A stretch of 64,000 nt of DNA, taken from Candidatus Levybacteria bacterium RIFCSPHIGHO2_01_FULL_40_16 (GTDB lineage: Bacteria; Patescibacteriota; Microgenomatia; Levybacterales; UBA12049). This document shows positions 17,128 to 25,631 of this stretch, piece after piece. The notes beneath the pieces were generated by a model. The model did not search any database. It had not been told where the DNA came from and worked only from the letters and a program-made list of their open reading frames with translations. The stretch is taken from contig MFNS01000006.1 of the NCBI GenBank assembly GCA_001783805.1, positions 34,095 to 98,094 on the forward strand. Direction: 5' to 3'. Position numbers and translations under genes: made by a program. Numbering within the stretch: the stretch's first letter is position 1; each line of letters opens with the position of its first letter.

Positions 17128-17400
17128 TTGACAAAAAGAGAATTAATAGAAGTTGTTGCTAAAAAAGCAAATTTAACCAACAAAGCAGCCAGGGATGCTG
17201 TTCAAGCGGTTATAAACTCCATTAGAGATTCTTTGAAACGGGGAGAAAAAGTAGTGATTACAGGATTTGGAACTTTTTCTGTCCGCAATAGAGTTGAGAG
17301 AGTCGGTCGCAATCCGAAAACCGGAGAGAAAATAACCATCGCAGCCAGAAAAGCGCCAGGATTTACTCCAGGCAAAACGCTCAAAAAAGTAGTCAGATAA
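17128..17400 (+). CDS. hup: DNA-binding protein HU
   Basis: TKRELI, GEKVVITGFGTF, RVGRNPKTGE, F.PGK.LK; TTG start with SD GGTGGTGA. Confidence 0.96.
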   Translation: MTKRELIEVVAKKANLTNKAARDAVQAVINSIRDSLKRGEKVVITGFGTFSVRNRVERVGRNPKTGEKITIAARKAPGFTPGKTLKKVVR

Positions 17401-17446
17401 ATCCGGATAAACTTGTTTTTAAGTCGTAGATGTATTAAAATACACC

Positions 17447-17873
17447 TGCTCTAGGAAGAAGATCCGTTACCCCCTCTTTCTTAAAGAAAGAGGGGGAGGA
17501 AAGTCCAGACAGGCGTAAGGACGGGGATGGAGCGTAAGCTCCGACGCGAAAGCGCTAGTGTTTATACTCTTTGCCCGCATATAGAGTATAAAACAAGTTT
17601 TGAATTAACAAAACTTGAGAGTAACAGAGACGAGCGGGAGTGAAACGCGACAATCCTACCTGCTGCAACTTTCGAACGACACGTTTGAGCATCTTTACGC
17701 AAGTGTCAAAGAAAGGCATCCCGATCGAATCGGGACGTATGTGACTAATTATCACAAACGAGATAGATTACGGCATTGCCTCGCTGAAGCTTCAGCGAAA
17801 GCGGGGATAAAACTCGCCTTCGTATAACTTCGGCGAAGTGAAACAGAATCTGGCTTACTTTCTTCCTAGAGCA
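17447..17873 (+). ncRNA. rnpB: RNase P RNA
   Basis: P1 TGCTCTAGGAAGAA/TTCTTCCTAGAGCA; GAGGAAAGTCCAG and AACAGAATCTGGCTTA with compensatory P4 change; AACAGAGA and GTGAAAC internal motifs. Confidence 0.93.
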
Positions 17874-17899
17874 TTTCTAATTGGTATTGCAGAGCCAAG

Positions 17900-20761
17900 T
17901 CAGACTTGGCAGAGGATTTTGTATTCGCAGTTAATACACAGAACGCTCTTACTGCATTTGAAATCGCTTTTTTCAATCTCGGCAATTTTTTCAATTAATT
18001 CACTTTCCAATTTATCCAAATCTTTTTTCTCAAAGCTCATGGTTTTTTTAGTATTTCCGTCAAGAAAATGCAAAGTTAAAGTTATATCTTTGGGATTTCT
18101 GTTTAAAATTTTATCTTTGACGCGGGTGGCTGCCAAAGCGTAAATTGCCAATTGGAGTTCGTGCGCGGTTTCGGCTTTGGGATTTTCTCCTCCTGTTTTA
18201 TAATCAATAATTTCAATCCCTTTGCCTTTTTTGTCAATGCGGTCAATTTTTCCAAAGACTTTTACCCCGTTTTTTAAAATAAAATTAAACGGGTATTCTA
18301 ATTGCAAGGGTTTTGTCGGTTTACTGCAGTCTGTCTTATAAAATTCTTCCAAAAGTTTGATGCCTTGTGCGAAGCGTTCCTCTTCATGTCTTTTCCCGCT
18401 ATACCCTTCGCTCATCCATTCTTCTTTAAAAATTTTAAGCAATTGCTTAAGAGATGGGGTAGCTCTTTCGCTAATTTGTTTATAAAAATTATATAAAGTA
18501 TTGTGGATAGAGATTCCAAAACTTTGTACAGCCGCAGGTGGGGTGGGAAGATTAAAAATCACTTTAGCTTTATAATGCAGCGGGCAGATATCAAACATTT
18601 GCAAGTTGGAAAAAGTAACATAGCTTATTTTCAAAGGGGGTTTTTCTTCTTGTCCTGCAGTTTCTTCCCGATAAACAGACAGAACTTCAGGAAGAGATAA
18701 TTGTTGAGTCTTGCTCTCAAGTTTCTCCTCCAAAAGATTGGGGAGTGCGTCATAAATAAATGGGGACAATTTTCTTATCCGTTTTCCGGTTCCATAATAG
18801 TCTGCAGCGGTGAAATATAATCTTTCTTTTGCCCTGGTTACACCGACATAAAAAAGCCTGCGTTCTTCTTCCAGATGAAAATCACTTTCCGAGAGGATAT
18901 TCTCTTTGAGAATTCCGTCAGGAAGCGGAATTTTTTCACTTCTTTCCCGGGAAGGGAAACGGTCGGAAACCAGATTTACCATAAAGACAACTTTGAATTC
19001 CAATCCTTTGGAAGAATGTACTGTTAGAATATTTACTACATTTTTGTCTTTAATATCCACATCCGCAGCCGTGGGGCTGTCTCCCATTTGCAGCATCAGA
19101 TTGAGCCATTCGTAAAGAATGAAGATATTGGCATCCGGACGCTCGGTTTCAAAACTTTTTATTCTGTCGAAAAACTTAGCAATATTTTGGACTCGGCGTT
19201 CTTCTCCAATAGAGTTAGAAGAACTAAGTATCTCAAAAAGTTTTGAGTCTATTAAAAAATAATATAGAATCTGTCCGGCTGAATCCTTCTTGCTCTTTTC
19301 CAGATGTCTTACGGCCATCTCTCTAAACCTTATCAATTTTTCTTGGGTGGCTGGCTTTAGGAATGATTGTTCGACATTAAAAAGTGTCTCAAAAAGAGTC
19401 AGATTTTTCCTTTTGGCAAAATTTAAGAGATAATTAAGTTCGACATAAGGAATCTCGAAAACGTCCATGGAAAGAACCCTAAAAAGAGAAACCGAATCAG
19501 AAAGATTGGTGAGAAAAGCAAGATAAGCAATTAAATCTTTGATTTCTTCCTGTTGGAAAAGATACCCCGGGCCCAAGAATTGAAAAGGAATTCTGTGACG
19601 TTGTAAAGCGGTAGTAATCAGTGACGCGTGATTATTTGCTCTGACCAAAATCGCAAAGTCTTTATACTCGTATTTTTTCTCTGTTAAATCCTTAATTGTT
19701 CTGGCTATTTTATCTGCTTCGTCTTCAGATCGTATCTCATGGATTAATTCGATATCTTTTTCAGAAGCAGGAGAATGGCTTTTAAGTTTTTTGTCGATAC
19801 CCTCTACTACTTCCAGACGATTAGGGTTATTATGTTGAATTAATCGGTAGGCAGCATCCAGAATTGGCTGGGTAGATCTGTAGTTATTATTTAGAGTGAC
19901 AACTTTTGCCTTGGGGAAACTTTTTTTAAACTGCAGGACATTTGAAACAGCCGCTCCCCTGAACCTATAAATTGACTGATCATCATCCGCAACAACGGTA
20001 ATATTTTTATCATCTCCGGCCAAAAGTATTGCCAGTTCGTTTTGTGCGTAGTTAGTGTCTTGAAATTCATCAACCAAAATAAATTTGAATTGCTTTTGAT
20101 ATTTCTTTAAAATATTTTTTCTTTTTCGAAATAGCAATAAAGTATTGGAAATAAGATCGGAAAAATCCATCACTCCTTCTTTAATTTTTAGTTCTTCATA
20201 TTTTTTATAAGAATTTGCCAGCTCTAAATATTGCTGTGTTTCTTCTCCCGATTTTTGCTTTTTGACCCATTCAAGATATTCTTTGGGCGAAACGTCCTCG
20301 TCTTTGAGTCTGGAAAAGTGAGTAAGAAGGGCATCTAAAAATTTCGTAGGATTGCCAAGCGGTCTAAAAAGATTGAGTCCGATATTAAAAATGTTTTGAC
20401 GCAAAAGCAATATGGATTCGGCTTCGGAAATTAATTTATATCCCGGATCAAGCCCGATTGCATGCGCGTCCTGACGTAAGATCCTATCGCAAAAAGCATG
20501 AAAAGTGGAAATCCACATCTGGGTATAGCCATAAGGCATGGCAATATCCACACGCTCTTCCATTTCGCGCGCCGCCTTATCCGTAAAAGTTAAAGCCAAA
20601 ATTTGCGAGGAAAGGATATTTTTTTTGAGAATTAAATACTTTATTCTTTCAGTTATGACTGTAGTTTTGCCGGTTCCCGCGCCGGCAATAATTAATAATG
20701 GCCCCTGAAGATGCTTAATCGCTGCAATTTGTTGGGGATTCAAAGCTTTATTCTCCGTCAT
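17900..20761 (-). CDS. UvrD/PcrA-family helicase fused to C-terminal PD-(D/E)XK nuclease
   Basis: AGAGTGKT, VDEFQDTN, DDDQSIYRFRGA, TVHSSKGLEF, EERRLFYVGVTRA; GKIDRID, IIDYKTG, QLAIY, Cys cluster. Confidence 0.93.
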   Translation of the reverse strand: MTENKALNPQQIAAIKHLQGPLLIIAGAGTGKTTVITERIKYLILKKNILSSQILALTFTDKAAREMEERVDIAMPYGYTQMWISTFHAFCDRILRQDAHAIGLDPGYKLISEAESILLLRQNIFNIGLNLFRPLGNPTKFLDALLTHFSRLKDEDVSPKEYLEWVKKQKSGEETQQYLELANSYKKYEELKIKEGVMDFSDLISNTLLLFRKRKNILKKYQKQFKFILVDEFQDTNYAQNELAILLAGDDKNITVVADDDQSIYRFRGAAVSNVLQFKKSFPKAKVVTLNNNYRSTQPILDAAYRLIQHNNPNRLEVVEGIDKKLKSHSPASEKDIELIHEIRSEDEADKIARTIKDLTEKKYEYKDFAILVRANNHASLITTALQRHRIPFQFLGPGYLFQQEEIKDLIAYLAFLTNLSDSVSLFRVLSMDVFEIPYVELNYLLNFAKRKNLTLFETLFNVEQSFLKPATQEKLIRFREMAVRHLEKSKKDSAGQILYYFLIDSKLFEILSSSNSIGEERRVQNIAKFFDRIKSFETERPDANIFILYEWLNLMLQMGDSPTAADVDIKDKNVVNILTVHSSKGLEFKVVFMVNLVSDRFPSRERSEKIPLPDGILKENILSESDFHLEEERRLFYVGVTRAKERLYFTAADYYGTGKRIRKLSPFIYDALPNLLEEKLESKTQQLSLPEVLSVYREETAGQEEKPPLKISYVTFSNLQMFDICPLHYKAKVIFNLPTPPAAVQSFGISIHNTLYNFYKQISERATPSLKQLLKIFKEEWMSEGYSGKRHEEERFAQGIKLLEEFYKTDCSKPTKPLQLEYPFNFILKNGVKVFGKIDRIDKKGKGIEIIDYKTGGENPKAETAHELQLAIYALAATRVKDKILNRNPKDITLTLHFLDGNTKKTMSFEKKDLDKLESELIEKIAEIEKSDFKCSKSVLCINCEYKILCQV

Positions 20762-20781
20762 GTGGCTATTCTAACACAAAG

Positions 20782-21750
20782 TTATGCTTCTAAGCTTTTG
20801 GTGGAATTAATCTTCTGACCGATTTGAGAAAATCCGGTATTAACATTATTGAATTGCGAAGAAGTATTATTGATATGTTTTCCCAAGACCACCATGTTTT
20901 CTTCAACTTTATGAAAATCCACTTGCAGAGCCCGGAGCATTTTAAAAAGATCACGGGATCTGCTTTCTATTTTTTTACCCTCAAAAGCCAAAAGGATTGT
21001 TTGCAGATGCGCGTACAAAGTGGTCGGAGAGACAACGTACACGCGGGATTGTTTGGCAAAATCCATGACATCTAACATGTTAACTAACTCATAATAAACC
21101 GATTCGCTTGGTACATACATGAGGGCAAAATCCATAGTACCTTCTTCGGGTAAGATATATTTTTTGGCGATGTCAGAGATATGTTTTTTAACATCTTTGC
21201 CAAATTCTTTCTGCAAAGCAGAATACTCAGCGCTTTTTACATCGCCTTTTGCCATTCGTTGGAAATTTTCCATTGGGAATTTTGAGTCAATCGGCAAAAT
21301 TCCCGCATCCGTCTGAATTGCCGCATCAACTCTCTCACCGGATTTAAATTGATATTGGATGTGGAAACTATTTTTGGGGAACATCTGGGAAATTAAATCT
21401 TTCAGAACCTGCTCGCCGATATTGCCGCGGAGTTTCGGACTTTTCAAAAAATCTTGAAGTTCTTTCATGCTTCTCCCAATTTCGCTCATTTGCCCGACTT
21501 CTTTTCCCACATCGCGGATCACGGTTGCCGCTGTATCCAAACGTTGGTTAAGTTGTTTGGAATTTTCCTGCAAAGTCTTGACCATGTGAGTTGAGGAAGA
21601 ATCTATACTTGATTGCATGGTCTTGAGCCATTCCAAAAGCGCTCCGTCCGGTTTATTTTTCTGCAAATCCGACAGTTTTTTGTTGAAAAAAAATAAAATG
21701 AGGATAAACCCTAAAATTAAAACCCCAATAACTAAAGGTTCAGCTTGCAC
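20782..21750 (-). CDS. rmuC: DNA recombination protein RmuC
   Basis: PKLRGNIGE, LPIDSKFP, I..KYI.P, DFALMYVPSESVY, VSPTTL. Confidence 0.92.
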   Translation of the reverse strand: MQAEPLVIGVLILGFILILFFFNKKLSDLQKNKPDGALLEWLKTMQSSIDSSSTHMVKTLQENSKQLNQRLDTAATVIRDVGKEVGQMSEIGRSMKELQDFLKSPKLRGNIGEQVLKDLISQMFPKNSFHIQYQFKSGERVDAAIQTDAGILPIDSKFPMENFQRMAKGDVKSAEYSALQKEFGKDVKKHISDIAKKYILPEEGTMDFALMYVPSESVYYELVNMLDVMDFAKQSRVYVVSPTTLYAHLQTILLAFEGKKIESRSRDLFKMLRALQVDFHKVEENMVVLGKHINNTSSQFNNVNTGFSQIGQKINSTKSLEA

Positions 21751-21972
21751 CCTCTCATTCTACCACAAAATATTTCTTTGAAAATTTCCACCCCAACAAC
21801 TAACAAGTTATTGGCATTCTAATGATAAATATCATTAACGTGTCATGTCGGGAAATAACGTTGATGTCTGCATCGTAGGGATGAATTAGTTTCAATGTTT
21901 TAAAAGATTAAAACCAATTCATTTCTATAGAGAGAGAAATATTTGCAGGTATTAAGATAAAGAATATTATTT

Positions 21973-21993
21973 TTGCAAGGCGTCCCCTTGCGA
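21973..21993. repeat. REP-like hairpin, same family as tsaE insert
   Basis: TTGCAAGG-CGTCC-CCTTGCGA. Confidence 0.65.
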
Positions 21994-22026
21994 AGCTGGG
22001 AAAAATTGGAGTTTGCCTTAGTAATA

Positions 22027-23157
22027 TTAGTCGAAATAGAGCTCTGGGTTAGCAATGATTTTATTCCATGACATTTTTTCCGGGTGGAAGCAAGCATATG
22101 AGCCGATCATCGCGGCATTATCGGTACACAAACTTTTTTCAGGATAAAAAAGTTTAATTTCCAATTTCAAATTTCCAATTTCAAATTTCAAATGATCGCG
22201 GAGCTTTTGATTGCAAGCGACACCGCCGCCCAAAAGAATTGATTTTACCTTGTATTTTTTCGCTGCCCTGATAGTTTTGCGGACGAGAACTTCAATAATT
22301 GATTTTTGGACGCAGGCGCAAATGTCTGCAATGACAGCTTCTTTAAGTTGGGGTCCTGCCGCCAGTTTCCCTCCCGCCAGTGCTCCTTCCAAGCGTTCAG
22401 TCCGCGCTGTCGGGAGCCCTTCCTCTGGCGTCACCCCTCTTTTTAATTTGTTAACTTCGCGCCAGACTGCTGCTTTAAGACCAGAAAAAGAAAAATCAAA
22501 ATCTTTTGAGCCAATCATCGGCCGTGGGAACGTAAAGCGACTAGCAATGCCACGTTCTGAAAGCTTTTCGATTATTGGACCTGCGGGATAAGGTAGATTT
22601 AAAAGCCTGCCGATTTTGTCAAAAGCTTCCCCTGCCGCATCATCTCGGGTTCCGCCCAGCCACTCAAAGTTATTGTAATCTTTCATTAATAACAAATCAG
22701 TGTGTCCTCCCGAAACTAGTAATGTAATTGCCGGAAATTCAATTTTTGATTTTTGATTTTTGATTTTTGATTTTTCGCTAACGAAGTTAGCGAATATGTG
22801 TCCGAGTAAATGATTTACAGGAATTATGGGTTTTTTCCAAAGATAACCTAAAGTTTTTGCAGTTTCAACTCCAATCAGAAGCGATCCAATGAGTCCCGGG
22901 CCTTCGGTTACAGCAATTGCGTCAATGTCTTTAATTTTTAATTTAGAATTATCAATTGCCTTTTCTACTACCGGAATAATGAATTTCAATTGTTCGCGGG
23001 CTGCGATATCGGGAATAATTCCGCCGGTTTTTGCATGGAAAGTTAAGGATGACGCAACAACATTTGCTAAAACTTTAACGTAATTTTCTTTGGGATTTTT
23101 GGAAACGACAGCGGCTGCGGTTTCATCACAACTGGTTTCAATTGCCAAGATTTTCAT
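22027..23157 (-). CDS. tsaD: tRNA N6-adenosine threonylcarbamoyltransferase with four repeat-derived segments
   Basis: ILAIETSCDET, GPGLIGSL, LLVSGGHT, TRDDAAGEAFDK, FSFSGLK, TDNAAMI. Confidence 0.97.
   Translation of the reverse strand: MKILAIETSCDETAAAVVSKNPKENYVKVLANVVASSLTFHAKTGGIIPDIAAREQLKFIIPVVEKAIDNSKLKIKDIDAIAVTEGPGLIGSLLIGVETAKTLGYLWKKPIIPVNHLLGHIFANFVSEKSKIKNQKSKIEFPAITLLVSGGHTDLLLMKDYNNFEWLGGTRDDAAGEAFDKIGRLLNLPYPAGPIIEKLSERGIASRFTFPRPMIGSKDFDFSFSGLKAAVWREVNKLKRGVTPEEGLPTARTERLEGALAGGKLAAGPQLKEAVIADICACVQKSIIEVLVRKTIRAAKKYKVKSILLGGGVACNQKLRDHLKFEIGNLKLEIKLFYPEKSLCTDNAAMIGSYACFHPEKMSWNKIIANPELYFD
22156..22190. repeat. Heptamer array in tsaD
   Basis: AATTTCC AATTTCA AATTTCC AATTTCA AATTTCA. 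Confidence 0.9.
22350..22437. mobile_element. GC-rich MITE-like in-frame insertion in tsaD
   Basis: 88 nt, imperfect terminal inverted repeats GGGGT-GA-CGCCAG / CTGGCG-GCAGG-ACCCC; encodes GVTPEEGLPTARTERLEGALAGGKLAAGP. Confidence 0.7.
22742..22775. repeat. Perfect heptamer array in tsaD
   Basis: (ATTTTTG)x4 plus ATTTTT. Confidence 0.92.
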
Positions 23158-23620
23158 ATTTTACTTTGTCGCCATTTTTAAATTTATATTTTTCAGAGAG
23201 ACCGGCCTGAATTTCTAAAACTTTGTCTGACGGTCCTACCGGAGTATAAATTATTGGACTTTCCTTATTATCTTTTGGAGGTTGAGCATTGTTTTTTATT
23301 TCAACTATCGTGTCGGTCTTAATATAAATTATGTCAATTGGAAATTTCATATTCTTCATCCAAAAAGAATAATAGTCGGGCTTATCGAATAGAAAAATCA
23401 TTCCCTGATCCTGTTGAAGTTCTTTGGTTTCGGACAAGCCTATTTCCCGCTCTTGCTGCGATGCTGCTGCAATTACTCTAAAACTATGGCCAGCGATTGT
23501 TACGGTTGGAGTTTTTTTAAAAAGAGATAATGATCCGCCGCCGGTTAGGTAGTTTTGAGTAAAATACATGGCTCCGGCAACGATAAGCAAAAGCGCAAAT
23601 ACCAATAATACTTTTTTCAT
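23138..23620 (-). CDS. DUF192-family protein
   Basis: ERE.GLS, GMIFLF, FWMKNMKFPIDIIYI, VLEI.AG; N-terminal anchor. Confidence 0.88.
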   Translation of the reverse strand: MKKVLLVFALLLIVAGAMYFTQNYLTGGGSLSLFKKTPTVTIAGHSFRVIAAASQQEREIGLSETKELQQDQGMIFLFDKPDYYSFWMKNMKFPIDIIYIKTDTIVEIKNNAQPPKDNKESPIIYTPVGPSDKVLEIQAGLSEKYKFKNGDKVKYENLGN

Positions 23621-24102
23621 TAATTCACATTAATTAATTTCATGTATTTAGTTGTTGAGTGGTTTTGAATTTTTTTGACTGCATAAATAACTTTGCCCTG
23701 AACTAATTTTGCCTGTCTTCTTTTATGTCTCACATATGGGTCGCCTTGGGTAGTCGCAATTATGTCAGGGCGTATTTCGACCATGAGTTTATCATACAGA
23801 TCATTATTTGTCATGTTTTTAAGCATGATTATATAACTAACACTTTCAAGGGAAGATAAGACTTTCGCGCGGTCTTGCTGGGAATTTATTGGCCGGTGTT
23901 TACCTTTTTCTCTTGCGGCTTTACTGTCATCCTCCAGTAATAAGAAGAGATAGTTGGCATATTTTTTTGATTTTTCCAAAAACTTGATGTGGCCTAAATG
24001 CAATATGTCAAAAAATCCGCCAACAACAACAATTGTTTCGTTTAATTTTCTAATTTTTTTTGCGATTTCGATAGCTTCTTTTATATCTAAGATTTTTTTC
24101 AC
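23620..24102 (-). CDS. Cytidylyltransferase-like protein (RfaE/TagD/RibL-like)
   Basis: GGFFDILHLGH, KG..RPIN...R, STT; GTG start. Confidence 0.85.
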   Translation of the reverse strand: MKKILDIKEAIEIAKKIRKLNETIVVVGGFFDILHLGHIKFLEKSKKYANYLFLLLEDDSKAAREKGKHRPINSQQDRAKVLSSLESVSYIIMLKNMTNNDLYDKLMVEIRPDIIATTQGDPYVRHKRRQAKLVQGKVIYAVKKIQNHSTTKYMKLINVN

Positions 24103-24161
24103 AATTTTTAATTTTCAATTTTTAATTTTCATTGAAAATTTTAAATTTCAAATTTCAAATT
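24102..24161. repeat. Heptamer arrays filling the intergenic gap
   Basis: CAATTTT TAATTTT CAATTTT TAATTTT then AATTTTA AATTTCA AATTTCA. Confidence 0.82.
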
Positions 24162-25590
24162 AGTTTTCCTTTGTACCCCTAAGAAAAATAGATTGCCAGG
24201 GAGCGTAATTTGAAATAAAGGTCTCCGAGATAATTTTTTTACCATTTTTCATTACTTCCCTTGCGAAAGAGGCTCTTGATCCTTCCGCACTGAAATCTAT
24301 TTGTTTTACTGTTCCCTTTGGCAGGGTTGGATCATCTTGGTATAGATCCGGGGGCGGCGGAACTCGGTTGGTAATTACCGGCTGAGTCAGGGTAACTTCT
24401 CTTCCGTCTTTAGTACCATAAAGAAAAACTGAGAGTCTTTGCTCTTCCAGATCGATTTGAGTTTGTACAAGGATGTAGTTACCGGTATCATTTTTGAATT
24501 TTAAGTCGACGCTCGGGACAAAAACAGTAGCATCCAGTCCTGGCAGACTGTCCTGCTCATAATACCCAACCCGATACGCGTGAGCATGCCTCTCCGTAAT
24601 TGGAACCCCCGCATTGAGAATTGCTCTGAAGAAAGTGGTTGATACTTGACAAATACCTCCTCCATCACCAAGCACTGTTTTGCCATTTTGGATAATATAG
24701 GCTTGTTGGTAGCCTGTAAAGGAAGAAACATCGCCCAAGGCTTTGGCAAAAGAAAATTCTTCATTGGGGGCAATTAGAACTCTATTTATTCTGGATGCGG
24801 CCAGGGTAATGTTGAATATTCTCTGAGGTATTGAATGCTGAAAAAGAGAAGTTCCCGTTCCAATCAATTCTTTTATGCCCAAATTGTTTGCTTTATCCGT
24901 AGTTATTTTAGGCGAAAAAGTTTTGATGGTAACCGGAATAACTATTTCTTGAGTTTTTTGTACTAACAATACCTTTTCAAATTGAGCTCTCAAATCTTGC
25001 TTAACTTTCTCCATATCAACCGCTTTGCCTTCTTCAGACGGTTTGAATGCCAGGACTTTTCCGTTTTGAAAAGTGAAAAGCGCATCAACGGGTTCCTTAT
25101 TCACCTTTTCTATAAATGGGGTCAAGGTTTTATTCAGCATGTCTTCGGAATAGCGGTATGCCGGCTGCAAATTTAATCCATTAAAGTATGCCTGAAAAGC
25201 AATGCTAATATTAGAGAGAAATTCATGGGATTTTCCCAAGCCTATTGCCTGCTGAGCAATGAGCTTTTCATCATAGCCAAACTTCAAATCTTTAGCTGAA
25301 ATTGTCGCTATATTCTCCGAAAGTGAAAATGTAAATTGAGTATTTTCAATAGTCTCGTTTCTCTTAGCAAACAATTCCTCGACTTCCTTTTGAGTAGATC
25401 CTCCTACGTAGATGTTATTAAACGTTATTCCCGGATAAACAACGCCGGCGTTCACCTTTTCATAGATAATAAATGTAAAACTTGCAAATAAAAATGCTGC
25501 CAAGACTGCTCCGGTAATAAACCAAAAGCAGGCTTTCATAATGCGTGTAATAATTTTTTTCCGGATTTTTAATTTTTTAGTTTGCTTCAT
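24160..25590 (-). CDS. VanW-family protein (TM, PG-binding region, VanW, G5-like tail)
   Basis: R..NI.LAA..IN, P.EEFSF, GGGICQVSTT.F.A, DLKFKNDT; start moved to 25590. Confidence 0.9.
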   Translation of the reverse strand: MKQTKKLKIRKKIITRIMKACFWFITGAVLAAFLFASFTFIIYEKVNAGVVYPGITFNNIYVGGSTQKEVEELFAKRNETIENTQFTFSLSENIATISAKDLKFGYDEKLIAQQAIGLGKSHEFLSNISIAFQAYFNGLNLQPAYRYSEDMLNKTLTPFIEKVNKEPVDALFTFQNGKVLAFKPSEEGKAVDMEKVKQDLRAQFEKVLLVQKTQEIVIPVTIKTFSPKITTDKANNLGIKELIGTGTSLFQHSIPQRIFNITLAASRINRVLIAPNEEFSFAKALGDVSSFTGYQQAYIIQNGKTVLGDGGGICQVSTTFFRAILNAGVPITERHAHAYRVGYYEQDSLPGLDATVFVPSVDLKFKNDTGNYILVQTQIDLEEQRLSVFLYGTKDGREVTLTQPVITNRVPPPPDLYQDDPTLPKGTVKQIDFSAEGSRASFAREVMKNGKKIISETFISNYAPWQSIFLRGTKEN

Positions 25591-25631
25591 TTGATATACT
25601 ATAGCTGACATATTATACTAGATATTGCCTT

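Noticed and set aside
17555-17827. ORFs 17555-17755 and 17615-17827
   Set aside because: They lie inside the RNase P RNA gene
14020-20761. Inteins or introns in recA or the helicase
   Set aside because: Lengths and motif spacing are normal and no splice-junction motifs were seen
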